A stretch of 32,000 bases of DNA, taken from NCBI GenBank assembly GCA_016839265.1, contig JAEOUO010000003.1, positions 60,001 to 92,000 on the forward strand. Reading direction: 5' to 3'. The DNA is from Candidatus Odinarchaeota archaeon (lineage in GTDB: Archaea > Asgardarchaeota > Odinarchaeia > Odinarchaeales > Odinarchaeaceae). Below, piece by piece: positions 16,519-26,326 of this stretch. The translations under genes and the position numbers were made by a program. The notes below the pieces were generated by a model that worked only from the letters and a program-made list of their open reading frames with translations, searched no databases and was not told the DNA's origin. Every line of letters starts with the position of its first letter. Within the stretch, counting starts at the first letter, position 1.

Positions 16519-17826
16519 CTACTCGTACCCACACCATTCAAGTGCTGCATATGCGTATATTTTAGCCGCTTTAACTAATTCATCTATTTTCACATATTCA
16601 TTTGGACCATGAGCGACTCTAAGATCACCTGGACCTATTGTAACTGTAGGGATGCCAGCCATATTTAAGAATGCAGCGTCGTCAACCGCTGCGAAACCAT
16701 AATATTTGGCAGGCTCGTTCATTACTGCCTCGTAGGCTTGGCCACAAAGACGGGAAATTGGAGCGTCTATTGGTAAATCGAAGGCGGGCCAGAATAAAAG
16801 CCACTCGACTTTTGGCGGATGCTTTGTAAGCCAGGGATCTGTTAAAGCCCATTTTTTGATTGTATCTTCAATCTCCTTTTGTATCTGCTCGTAGGAGTCT
16901 TTTGGATGACCCCAGATAGCATATTCTATTGTGCTTTTATTTGATATTACGAAGGCACCATTAGGGCCGCCTGTTATAACACCTGGGTGTATTGTGAAAT
17001 GCCCCGGTCTGGTGAACAGCGGATGTGTTTTAGTTCTCCCCCATTCGTCTTCTAGTTTTCTAAGTCCTTCATATATTATCATAGCTTTGTCTATTGAGGA
17101 GACTCCTATTTGGTCACCACCACCGCCGGCTCTTATAAGTTCATCTCTCATCGAGGCGTGAACAGCCTTTCCTTCAATGGTAACGCGCATATAAGATACG
17201 TTCGGGGATGCGGGTATAACAGCTAGGGAATATGGTGGTGCAGATGGTTCAACATTAATACAAGCGTCGGCTTTATATCCTTTTTTGATACATGCGCCGG
17301 TGCCCGCATCGGTGTTCATCATTTCTTCTCCTACAACACTCTCGTATATTATGTCCCCTTTTAATTTGTATCCTGCGTCAAGGATCCCCCTAATAGCGGC
17401 TATTGCAGCTATATTGCCGCCTTTCATATCAGTAGATCCACGGCCGTAGATTTTACCGTCTTTGATCTCTCCGCTCCATGGCCCTGCAATAGTCCAATCT
17501 TCATCCGGCCCAGGAGGTACAACGTCAACATGACCATTAAACATTAAGGATTTACCGTTGCCTGTTCCTTTTAGAGTACCTACGAGGTTTTTTCGCCCCT
17601 CTTCATGAGCGAATAAGTCAGTTTTAAAGCCTAGATCCTTCAATATTTGTTCAACGAATTCGTTAACCTTTGTTTCACCCCCGAGTTCTTCTTCATATTT
17701 CACACCGATGTATGTAGGATTTACGCTTCGTATACGAATAGTGTCTTGAGTATGTTTTACTAGTGTATTTTTTAGGGCATCTATTTTTTTGAACACTTTA
17801 TTTTTTACATCTTCTTCTACCGTCAA
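16519..17826 (-). CDS. ArgE/DapE-family M20 metallo-amidohydrolase
   Basis: FNGHVDVVP, YGRGSTDMKGG, VGEEM, NVEPS, GPGD...AHGPNEYV. Confidence 0.95.
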   Translation of the reverse strand: MTVEEDVKNKVFKKIDALKNTLVKHTQDTIRIRSVNPTYIGVKYEEELGGETKVNEFVEQILKDLGFKTDLFAHEEGRKNLVGTLKGTGNGKSLMFNGHVDVVPPGPDEDWTIAGPWSGEIKDGKIYGRGSTDMKGGNIAAIAAIRGILDAGYKLKGDIIYESVVGEEMMNTDAGTGACIKKGYKADACINVEPSAPPYSLAVIPASPNVSYMRVTIEGKAVHASMRDELIRAGGGGDQIGVSSIDKAMIIYEGLRKLEDEWGRTKTHPLFTRPGHFTIHPGVITGGPNGAFVISNKSTIEYAIWGHPKDSYEQIQKEIEDTIKKWALTDPWLTKHPPKVEWLLFWPAFDLPIDAPISRLCGQAYEAVMNEPAKYYGFAAVDDAAFLNMAGIPTVTIGPGDLRVAHGPNEYVKIDELVKAAKIYAYAALEWCGYE

Positions 17827-17847
17827 GTCCGTTCACTCCTTTTTATT

Positions 17848-18387
17848 TTAAGGTAGGGGTATGCCCATTGGAGTGAAGTATCCAAATATAAACCCCAACG
17901 CAACTATGCCATTTATCACCGCTACAAGATAGGTATTCCATGCGGTAATCTTCGGCCCTACTTTTCCAAGACCACTGAAGAGATAATAATTGAACCATAA
18001 TTGCATCCATAAAACCCAAAAGAATGCGACTAAATACCAGCCTCCAATGATATTAAAGTATATATACGGCCATGTTGCGAAAACGACAAATAGGGCATAA
18101 TGACCTAGACCTTTATAATTTTCAGCTCTCCCCAGAATATCAAAAGCGTAAAAGTAATATGTAAACCCAAACAGAAAGCTGCCGGCCATACTCGCAACGT
18201 CGCCTAAAATTAATCCGTAGTAAAAACCTGATATGGCGTTTATAGTTCCCGTTATAAAGCACATAATCATTACTTCAAGCGGTTTGACTCTGCCTTCTAC
18301 GCCCAGACCTATTATGAAGAGAACTGCACATACGTATAACATGTTGACTCCTAGTAGGCCTATCGGGAAACTCCAAGGTATTTGCAT
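17848..18387 (-). CDS. AmiS/UreI-family urea/amide channel
   Basis: MLYVCAVLFIIGL, FLFGFTYYF, GLGHYALFV, WVLW motifs; six hydrophobic segments. Confidence 0.8.
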   Translation of the reverse strand: MQIPWSFPIGLLGVNMLYVCAVLFIIGLGVEGRVKPLEVMIMCFITGTINAISGFYYGLILGDVASMAGSFLFGFTYYFYAFDILGRAENYKGLGHYALFVVFATWPYIYFNIIGGWYLVAFFWVLWMQLWFNYYLFSGLGKVGPKITAWNTYLVAVINGIVALGFIFGYFTPMGIPLP

Positions 18388-18665
18388 ATTATAACCCCGA
18401 TTATTTATTTATTTTATATATAAAAATATATCGCATATATTAGTATATTTAATATATATGAATATACTGCTAAGATGAAACAATTAACTATTCTTAAAAA
18501 GGAAAAAAATTGTTATAATATCCTAATAAAAATTTATTTAGAAAGTAAAAGATTAGAATAAGCTCCAGGTTTATAAATATTCTAATGCTTTAGAAAATAG
18601 AGACAATAAAAAAATTGAATACTTGTTAATTTTAAATTCGAATATGTAAAGATCAATAATGTATA

Positions 18666-19358
18666 TTATCTTGCTCTGTTAACCCTTGGTCCTATTAGAG
18701 TCCACAGCCATTCTACGAATTCTCTGAGGTTTTTGGTTTGAATATATACTTCTCCAGGTCCTTTTATTTCTGTTACTAAGCCTTCTCCGCCGAGTATGGT
18801 TGATTTTAAGCCGCCGAATTTTTTCACAGTATATTCGCAAGAATTGCTGAAGGCGACTAGATGATAGTTGTCTATGATGAGGCTTTCACCCGGTTTTAAC
18901 ACATGTTTGTCTAGGGCTCCAAAGCAGTTTAGGAATACTTGTCCTTCCCCTTCTATTTTGATCATGAATAGGCTTTGACCGAAGATTCCTTTTACGAATC
19001 CTTGCCATTGAGTGTCTAAGGTTACTCCGGGTGTTGAAGCTATATAAGCTGATTGCTGGACGATGTAGCCGTTTTTACTATTCACTTCCAGTTTCACTAT
19101 ATCTCCTAATGGAGCGGATACTAATCCTATTTCCCCTGGACCGCCATGGGCGATGTAATCGTTAACGAAGAATGATTGTTGTCCTAGTATCGCGACTTTA
19201 AGAGATTTAAAGATCCCTTCCTCTCTTTTCCTAGTTTTCACCTCTAAGTTCGGGGTCATATAAGTCATAGCACCGGATTCAGCGGTTATCATTTCTTCAG
19301 GTTTAAGTTTAACTACAAGCATTGAATACGAGGGACTGTATTTTATCTCATACTCCAT
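18666..19358 (-). CDS. AIM24 (TIGR00266) family protein
   Basis: ITAESGAMTYM, GQQSFFVN, IIDNYHLVAF, GGEGLV...GPGEVYIQT. Confidence 0.92.
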   Translation of the reverse strand: MEYEIKYSPSYSMLVVKLKPEEMITAESGAMTYMTPNLEVKTRKREEGIFKSLKVAILGQQSFFVNDYIAHGGPGEIGLVSAPLGDIVKLEVNSKNGYIVQQSAYIASTPGVTLDTQWQGFVKGIFGQSLFMIKIEGEGQVFLNCFGALDKHVLKPGESLIIDNYHLVAFSNSCEYTVKKFGGLKSTILGGEGLVTEIKGPGEVYIQTKNLREFVEWLWTLIGPRVNRAR

Positions 19359-19516
19359 TTAAAATCCTCCAAAATAAACTGTTATAGTTTATTATATCTT
19401 CATTAAAGTATATTTAACCTTGATTATTAACTAGACGAATATATTGAATTATCTGTTTAACTTTACTTCAAATAATTTATAAATGTGTATATTTATACGT
19501 GTATGTGGGGGATATT

Positions 19517-19735
19517 ATGGGAGTTAAAAATATTTCAATAAAGGATAAAGTCTATAAAATGCTTAAAGAAGAGAAACGTGGCGAAGAAAGCTTCAGTGAT
19601 GTAATAGAGAAGCTTATGACTAAGAGAAAAATAGATTTAAAAGATTTTTACGGTTGCCTTAGGGATAGTATGATTTTAGATGAAATATTTGAAAAAATAA
19701 AGGAATATCGAGATGAAGCGAGGGTTCGAATTTGA
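19517..19735 (+). CDS. vapB: VapB-type antitoxin (DUF217-like)
   Basis: KNISIKDKVYKMLKEEKRGEESFSDVIEKL; start placed at ATG 19517 after GGGGGA; overlaps vapC start. Confidence 0.9.
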   Translation: MGVKNISIKDKVYKMLKEEKRGEESFSDVIEKLMTKRKIDLKDFYGCLRDSMILDEIFEKIKEYRDEARVRI

Positions 19736-20115
19736 TCATCTTGGATACTAGTGCTATAATTGATATTTTCAGAGGTAGAGAAGGTATTTTAGACCTTATA
19801 GATACGGATGTAACTACAACGGTGATAAACTATCATGAAATAATGGCTGGTGTGAAACATAAAAAAGCTAAAATTGAGGAACGCTATTTTAGAAGGTTTT
19901 TTTCAAAAATAGAGGTCTTACCATATGAGAGTTCAGCGGCTGAAAAATCAAGTGAAATCCAAGCGTATATGATGAATTTAGGTAAAAAAGCGAATACGCT
20001 TGATATTTTAATAGCTGCGATAGCTATTCAAAATGGAGCTGAGAAAATACTAACAAGGGATAGAGATTTTGTTGAAATATCGAAAATAACTGATTTAAAA
20101 GTGATAGTGTATTAA
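19732..20115 (+). CDS. vapC: VapC PIN-domain toxin
   Basis: ILDTSAIID, YHEI, LDILIAAIA, ILTRDRDF. Confidence 0.93.
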   Translation: MIILDTSAIIDIFRGREGILDLIDTDVTTTVINYHEIMAGVKHKKAKIEERYFRRFFSKIEVLPYESSAAEKSSEIQAYMMNLGKKANTLDILIAAIAIQNGAEKILTRDRDFVEISKITDLKVIVY

Positions 20116-20130
20116 ATTTAGAATATCAGT

Positions 20131-21717
20131 TTATCTGGCAATTATGGATATTAAAGCTTTCATTAACGGTTTACTAGGTGTTGTTAAATCCACGTTTTTA
20201 AGCATTGTTAGCATTTGGGCTGGTTGACCGCCTATTTTATCTATGAATCTTAGTGTTTCATCTGATAGTCTTGAGAACAGTTTGTTTAAGAAGACTTGGG
20301 TTAGGGAGACTTTAGCCCCAGCTGTCACGTGTTTAATATATTTTAAGGCGAATTCTGCGCTTAGCTTCCAGCTTCTGGTTACAAGCTCCCAGCGAGCGTC
20401 ATTCATTAGATATGTTTTGAAGAATTCTTCACCGCTGAGAGCGCTGATACCTATTGGAATGAAGAATAGTGGGAAGAACCAGGCGGGTGTGCCTTTAAGA
20501 TCGTCTAGAAGCTCTAATGTCAGCATGATATCGTCGTCTGTTTCATCAGGTAAACCGGTTATCATGGTTATGCACGGATACCAGTAGACGTCTTTCAGTA
20601 TTTGGCAGGCTTCTACAACTACTTCATGCCATTCTTGAGGTGTGTATGGTAGAACTTTACCGCGCATATATTTTTCAAGCAACCTGGGGCTGCCCGTTTC
20701 TAAACCGATCTGCGGGCCTATCCAAGGCTCCTTCTCGTTTACACCCATGTAATAGTTTAATTCTTCTATAGGTTTTTCACCTGCAAGCTTCATTGTACTG
20801 AAGTTTACATGTGTTGAAACTATTTTATCCACTCCAGGAATATTTCTAAGAGTTTGAAGGAGTTTAGTTAGCGCGTTTAAATTAAGTTCACGGAATCCTT
20901 TAGCCCCATATCTTAACCAATCTTCGCTTAGAAGATACAGGTTTTTCTCACCCGCGGCGATGCTCAGCTTCGCCTCTTTCACGATGATATCTAAAGGTAC
21001 ACTCCGCCAAGGCACCTGGGTTGGACCGCAGAACTGGCATCCTCGACCGCATCCTTCAGTTATCTGAACGAAACCGCATCTAGCCGGTCCGAGTATAGGA
21101 TACACTTGATCAGGTTTTGGGGGTGCTGCTTTCACCACAGCCGGTACACTTTCACCTTTAATGAGTTTATCAATTATTTCAGGTAATGTTACTTCAGCCG
21201 GACCGTAGTATCTTACATCTATCCCTAATAGTTCCGCCTCCTTATCTGTGACCTGCCAAGCCCCCGGTCCTCCTAAAATAACTTTAAAATTATATTTTTC
21301 TTTAAGCAGTTTAATCTTCTTCATCAAAGAGAGAAACGCTAATTGAGTGGCTGTTTTCCCTCCTCCTAAGAGGTGGCGTAGAGTCCATGAAACAGGGCCT
21401 CGACCCATCGGGTCAACCGCATCCACCCCTATTATCTTGGTTTCCTCAGATACAGCTTCATTCAGTTTAGAGGGGTGAATGAATTTTATATCACTTTTAT
21501 TGTAACCGCTATGGACTAAGCTGGCTTCCACTTTTCTAAGTGAGTATGGGGGGGCTAAAACCTCACCGTTCTTCATTCGAGGGCGAGGGCATATAATATA
21601 TTTTACTAGAAAGTTTGGTAGCACTCTACGTGGAGCGCATAATATGAATCCTAGGAAGGAGGCTCCACCATACTCTGTCATAAGTGTTTCATCAGCTGTT
21701 AAAATTATCCTGTTCAT
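20131..21717 (-). CDS. B12-binding-domain radical SAM protein
   Basis: PYSLRKVEASL, ILGGPG, QITEGCGRGCQFC, IGLETGS, MITGLPDE; start moved to ATG 21717 after GGAGGGGAG. Confidence 0.88.
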   Translation of the reverse strand: MNRIILTADETLMTEYGGASFLGFILCAPRRVLPNFLVKYIICPRPRMKNGEVLAPPYSLRKVEASLVHSGYNKSDIKFIHPSKLNEAVSEETKIIGVDAVDPMGRGPVSWTLRHLLGGGKTATQLAFLSLMKKIKLLKEKYNFKVILGGPGAWQVTDKEAELLGIDVRYYGPAEVTLPEIIDKLIKGESVPAVVKAAPPKPDQVYPILGPARCGFVQITEGCGRGCQFCGPTQVPWRSVPLDIIVKEAKLSIAAGEKNLYLLSEDWLRYGAKGFRELNLNALTKLLQTLRNIPGVDKIVSTHVNFSTMKLAGEKPIEELNYYMGVNEKEPWIGPQIGLETGSPRLLEKYMRGKVLPYTPQEWHEVVVEACQILKDVYWYPCITMITGLPDETDDDIMLTLELLDDLKGTPAWFFPLFFIPIGISALSGEEFFKTYLMNDARWELVTRSWKLSAEFALKYIKHVTAGAKVSLTQVFLNKLFSRLSDETLRFIDKIGGQPAQMLTMLKNVDLTTPSKPLMKALISIIAR

Positions 21718-21798
21718 AAGCTCCCCTCCCAAAGCATACAAGCACTAAAAACCAGTTTTAGATAATGAATTAAATCATATAAATATATTTCGATATAC

Positions 21799-23364
21799 TT
21801 ACTTGTAGTTAAATATTAAGAGAAGTATTTTCTCTAAGAGAGGGGTGTTAAGAGAGGTTTGACTTTCAAATCTTCCTTTATAAGCTTCCTGCTCTAATCC
21901 TAGATCGTAGCATGTGGTCTGCTCGATGTTGATGAGTAAACCTGGTGTTTTAAATTTCTCAAAGTCAGGTTGATGTTTTTCATAGAAGGGCGCGCAGCAG
22001 CAGCCAATGTATCCTTTAGACCCGGCTTCATCCAGCTCCCCTAGTTTTTCCTCTAAATGCTCGTAGTTTACTATCGTGAGAGGTTTAAGATTATATTTTA
22101 AAGCGAGCTTGTAACCGTCTCCTACAGTGCATAAACCACATAAAGTGCATCCTTCTTTATGCCTATAATCGCAGCCGACCAGCTTAGAGCAATAGGGTAA
22201 AAGAAGAGTGTCTACACCGTTAACTATAAAATAATCAAGTTTCTTGTTTACTAGAAAAAGATTGTTGATCTCGTTCAGAGTTAAACCGTAAGTAGTATAT
22301 TTTATTCGATCTATAGCTTCTTTAAATAATAGTTTGAAATCGCCGAGTTTAACACCAGGAATCTGAAAGTCTCGTCGACTCAGCTTTAATAATACTTTAT
22401 TAACTTCCCTCATATCAAGCGGTAGATGTTTTAAACTAGATTCTAAATCGTATATGATCCCTGGCGGGTAAGCGAAGAAGTCACCTGTAATGAAAGCGGA
22501 TGTGATCAAGTTTAATTCAACATCTACAGATAAAGCTAGCTTAACAAGTCCGCCGGGGGTTTTTCTAAGCGTGAAGAGAGCGTTACCCTGGTTTCCAGAC
22601 GCTCTTATCCCGTAAACCCAGTCCTTCGATTTAAAGTATGGCAGCTTGTTTAAAAACTCTGTTCGCTCAAAGTCTGTAAGATCACCTTCCACGAATTGTA
22701 TTCGAAACTCCTCGCTGAAGCCCTCTAAAATAGCTTTTTTAATCTCAGTGTACGAGGGAATATAACCCAACTCCCATTTTATCGTTGTAACCCTTTCTTT
22801 AAGACTGGCCACCTCTTTATCAGATAGTTTTTTAACGGGGACTTTTAAAGCGCGAAGCATTCTATTAATATCTAAATCAACTAGAAGCGTGCCTTGAAAC
22901 ATGAAAGCACCGCCGTTACTAGTGCCACCTGTCCCGCTTATCTTCCGGTGCCCTATCTCTATATCATTTTTAGGTCGGAATCGTGCTTTCAAACCAAGTT
23001 TACGTAAACCTTTAACCGCAGCGTTGCAAAGCCGCTTGTAAAGTAAGTCAACTTTATACGGGAATCTATCACCGTCTAAAGTGGCGAAAACCTCCCAGCC
23101 GAGATGCTCCGGACTAAAGTAGATAGCTCCGCCTCCCGTAATCCGCCTATTAATATCGATATTATTCTCCACACAATATGAGATTCGAATCTCCTGTTCA
23201 ACAGATTGATGATATCCGACGAGGGCTACAGGTGGATTAAACCTGAGAAAACGGAAAGTATTAGGTACCAAGCCTTCAGCTCGAGCGTCTAAGATAACCC
23301 GGTCAAGAGTAATATTCTCCGCTCCAGTTAGAAGCCCCGTGTCTACAACTCTCCAAGTCTCCAT
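21799..23364 (-). CDS. lplA: Lipoate-protein ligase (catalytic + accessory domain) fused to a Cys-rich DUF116-like domain
   Basis: RRITGGGAIY, NDIEIGHRKISG, QGTLL, ITGDFF; C-terminal LLLPYC...CTLCGLC...GCCC...C. Confidence 0.85.
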   Translation of the reverse strand: METWRVVDTGLLTGAENITLDRVILDARAEGLVPNTFRFLRFNPPVALVGYHQSVEQEIRISYCVENNIDINRRITGGGAIYFSPEHLGWEVFATLDGDRFPYKVDLLYKRLCNAAVKGLRKLGLKARFRPKNDIEIGHRKISGTGGTSNGGAFMFQGTLLVDLDINRMLRALKVPVKKLSDKEVASLKERVTTIKWELGYIPSYTEIKKAILEGFSEEFRIQFVEGDLTDFERTEFLNKLPYFKSKDWVYGIRASGNQGNALFTLRKTPGGLVKLALSVDVELNLITSAFITGDFFAYPPGIIYDLESSLKHLPLDMREVNKVLLKLSRRDFQIPGVKLGDFKLLFKEAIDRIKYTTYGLTLNEINNLFLVNKKLDYFIVNGVDTLLLPYCSKLVGCDYRHKEGCTLCGLCTVGDGYKLALKYNLKPLTIVNYEHLEEKLGELDEAGSKGYIGCCCAPFYEKHQPDFEKFKTPGLLINIEQTTCYDLGLEQEAYKGRFESQTSLNTPLLEKILLLIFNYK

Positions 23365-23443
23365 TTTAAGGTCATAGAAAAATTAAATAAACAGTATATA
23401 AAACTATTTTAAATATTCGATGAAAGTTTATTCTTCTTAGTGG

Positions 23444-24433
23444 TTGAAGATGAGTTTTCAAAAAGAAGCGCAGAGCGTATTCAACAGTCCACCAGCCGAG
23501 TTCGCCGACTACTTACAGCAAGCTTGGAATCTTACAAGAAAACTGCACGGATGGGAGGTAAACTTTTACGCTCCTAGCATACTCAAATACGACGCTGAGG
23601 GTTTCAGAGAGCCTGTTAAAAATATTTTTCAATCCATTTCAGTCACCGGTTGGAAGTGCATGTTAATGTGCGAGCATTGTAAGGGGCGACTCCTGCGACC
23701 CATGCACAGTGCAACCAGCCCTGAGCGGCTTTTAAAACTAGGAGAAGAACTTTATAATAAAGGCTGTCGAGGTCTTTTAATCAGCGGTGGCTCAGATTTA
23801 AACGGTGCTGTACCTTTAGCCAAGTTCACGAATAGCATAAGAGTTTTAAGAGATAAATTTGGAATGAAGATAGCTGTTCACACCGGTTTAGTAGATTATC
23901 AAACAGCTAAAGCGCTTAAAGAAGCAGGCGTAGAATCAGCGATGATCGATATAATAGGCGATGAAGAGACGATCAGAGAAATATATCACTTAAATAAGCA
24001 GCCTGAGGATTTTGAAAAAGCTTTAAGTGATCTAATTCAAGCCGGCTTGGAGGTGAGCCCTCACATCGTAGTAGGATTATATAAAGGCCGGGTTAAAGGC
24101 GAGTTTAAAGCTTTAGAGATAATCAGTAAGAGTAAAGCCTCGAACATCGTCATCGTAGCTTTAAAACCACTAGACACCGGTGAACTCGGTGAAAGAGTTC
24201 CTACACCCTTAGAGATAGGGCGTTTTATCACACTCACGAGATTAAAAAATCCTAGTAAAAAGATTCTTTTAGGGTGCGCTAGACCAGGCGGAGACCACAA
24301 AGTTAAAACAGATCTACTCGCGATCCGAGCGGGGGTTAACGGAGTTGCTTTTCCAACACAGGAGGCTATTAAATACGCGGAGAGAATCGGGTTAAACGCG
24401 AAGTTCAGCGCTTACTGTTGCTCGTTTATTTAA
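23444..24433 (+). CDS. Biotin-synthase-related radical SAM protein (COG1856/LipS2-like)
   Basis: SISVTGWKCMLMCEHC, GLLISGGSD, VHTGL, PHIVVGL, LGCARP; ends in CCS. Confidence 0.8.
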   Translation: MKMSFQKEAQSVFNSPPAEFADYLQQAWNLTRKLHGWEVNFYAPSILKYDAEGFREPVKNIFQSISVTGWKCMLMCEHCKGRLLRPMHSATSPERLLKLGEELYNKGCRGLLISGGSDLNGAVPLAKFTNSIRVLRDKFGMKIAVHTGLVDYQTAKALKEAGVESAMIDIIGDEETIREIYHLNKQPEDFEKALSDLIQAGLEVSPHIVVGLYKGRVKGEFKALEIISKSKASNIVIVALKPLDTGELGERVPTPLEIGRFITLTRLKNPSKKILLGCARPGGDHKVKTDLLAIRAGVNGVAFPTQEAIKYAERIGLNAKFSAYCCSFI

Positions 24434-24516
24434 ATATTTATTTCATAAATATTTATTAAATAGAATCTACTAATATATAATTAAAAATTAATTTAAAATA
24501 AAAGGAGAGATAAAGT

Positions 24517-24843
24517 ATGAGTTATGTGAAAGTGGCTGAAAAATCCGAAATACCAGTCGGAGAGATGAAAGCCGTTAAACTAGGAGATAAAGATATCCTA
24601 ATAGCTAACGTTAACGGAAAATACTATGCGATCGGGGGTAAATGCACTCATAGAGGCGGGGATCTAGCTAAAGGAAAACTGGAAGGAACCACGGTTATCT
24701 GCCCAAGACATAAAGCTCAGTTCGATGTAACTACAGGGAAATCTGTTGCAAAACCTAAAGTACCTTTAAGCCAGCCTTTAAAAGATGAACCCGTATACAA
24801 AATTAAAGTCGAAGGAGAAGATATTCTAATCCTACAAGAATAA
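24517..24843 (+). CDS. Rieske [2Fe-2S] ferredoxin
   Basis: CTH...CPRH ligand motifs, FDVTTG; GGAGA RBS. Confidence 0.93.
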   Translation: MSYVKVAEKSEIPVGEMKAVKLGDKDILIANVNGKYYAIGGKCTHRGGDLAKGKLEGTTVICPRHKAQFDVTTGKSVAKPKVPLSQPLKDEPVYKIKVEGEDILILQE

Positions 24844-24858
24844 AAAATATAAGGTAGG

Positions 24859-25461
24859 CTAGCTTAACATTCGATCCCGCCAGCGCTCTATTTGAGCGGT
24901 TAACTCCTCCACATCTCTTTTAGTAAGCTTCGAATCCTTATATTTTCTCAACGTGTTTATAACTCGCGCGATTTCATGGTATACTGGATGGAAAGAATGA
25001 TACTCCATTAATTTATCCCTAGATGTTTCGAATTCTCTTGCAAGTTCTTCACCTGAAAGATCAGCTTCTAAAGTTGAAGCCATATACCGGAATATATCAT
25101 CCACTGGACCTTTAGAAGGAGTAGCCTGAGAGACTTTAACGGCTACGCTTACAGGTTCTTCAACCGGTTTAACCACAGCTTCAGAAACCTTACTTTCCTG
25201 CACTACTGCAGTTTCAGGTTTAACTGAAACAACAGGTTTAGCAGCAAGACTTCTAACAGACTCTTCTATAGCTAGTACCCGATCATATAATTCTTTGACA
25301 TCTATTTTCTGCTCTTTCAACTGGTTAAGAGACACGCGAATCTGCTCGAATTTACCGGCTACGATTTCGATAAGCTCCTTGAAAAGAGTTTTAAGCGAGT
25401 TATTTAAGTTGACAAGCTCCTCTATTTTCTTAATAAGCATGCGTTGAACATCCTCAGACAT
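24859..25461 (-). CDS. Hypothetical protein: coiled coil + V/P/K/E-rich linker + C-terminal helical bundle
   Basis: Long ORF with heptad pattern in residues about 5-70; ATG 25461 after AAGGTGG. Confidence 0.8.
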   Translation of the reverse strand: MSEDVQRMLIKKIEELVNLNNSLKTLFKELIEIVAGKFEQIRVSLNQLKEQKIDVKELYDRVLAIEESVRSLAAKPVVSVKPETAVVQESKVSEAVVKPVEEPVSVAVKVSQATPSKGPVDDIFRYMASTLEADLSGEELAREFETSRDKLMEYHSFHPVYHEIARVINTLRKYKDSKLTKRDVEELTAQIERWRDRMLS

Positions 25462-25609
25462 GAAAACCACCTTAACTTATTAAAAATATATATTAAACGG
25501 TATTAAAACCTAGCTTACTGCTAATAGAAAACTTAACAAAACACTTTTATTAAAGGATTGTTTTAAAAAATTTAAAAGAGAAGTTAACAATATTTTAAGA
25601 GGGTTAAAC

Positions 25610-26308
25610 TTGGGTAATGAAATAGGGGAGATTAAAGCCGGAATCGTTTTAACAGCGATACTAGAATTCTTCGAAGAAATCTTCGTCAGTCGAAAAGTTA
25701 CGAAAGACGGCGCGGTAATATACCAAGTTGAAGGCCCTTTAGGATCACTGTGCAGTTTCAAAGTGGAAGAAGATAAAGTTATCTTCACACAGGATTCAAA
25801 ATTCGGTGGAAGAGAGAATGAAATCAAAGAATTAATCGCGAAGAGAGCCGGCTTAATCGAATACGCTCCACCCCCTCTTATAGAAAAAACCTTTAAAGAA
25901 GAACCGGCTATACCCGTTGAATCCGTGATTAGAAAAAGGGAAATTGAACTTGAACTTGTTTTAACCGAGACTAAGCCGATAATACCTTCAACACCAGGAA
26001 TAGCTGAAGGCTTAGACACCGCTCCAGGAGGTGTATTAGATTACGAAGGAACACCCTTTCAAATACTCACAGAGCAGCAGCCTATTCCCTCCACATCCTA
26101 CACAGTCTCACTTGGAAAATATAAAAACGAGTGGGCGGTAGCTGTAACAAGGGGTAAAAAAGTTATAGGGGTTGAGAGATTGTCAACACTAGACACTAAT
26201 GTAATAATAGGAGCAATCCAAAAAATAATAGTTATACCATTATTCTCCCCATACGCTGTTTCAAGAGCTGTCGGTAGACTTTTAGAAGAAGTTAAATCGA
26301 AAAAGTAG
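25610..26308 (+). CDS. Hypothetical two-domain protein with Pro/Glu-rich linker
   Basis: 232-aa ORF with host-like codon use, preceded by GAGGG; no recognisable family. Confidence 0.75.
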   Translation: MGNEIGEIKAGIVLTAILEFFEEIFVSRKVTKDGAVIYQVEGPLGSLCSFKVEEDKVIFTQDSKFGGRENEIKELIAKRAGLIEYAPPPLIEKTFKEEPAIPVESVIRKREIELELVLTETKPIIPSTPGIAEGLDTAPGGVLDYEGTPFQILTEQQPIPSTSYTVSLGKYKNEWAVAVTRGKKVIGVERLSTLDTNVIIGAIQKIIVIPLFSPYAVSRAVGRLLEEVKSKK

Positions 26309-26326
26309 AAAAGAAAAAAGAAAAAA
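26309..26326 (-). terminator. T-tract, probable terminator of the minus-strand operon
   Basis: Plus strand AAAAGAAAAAAGAAAAAA reads as an oligo-T tract directly after the stop at 26327. Confidence 0.45.
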
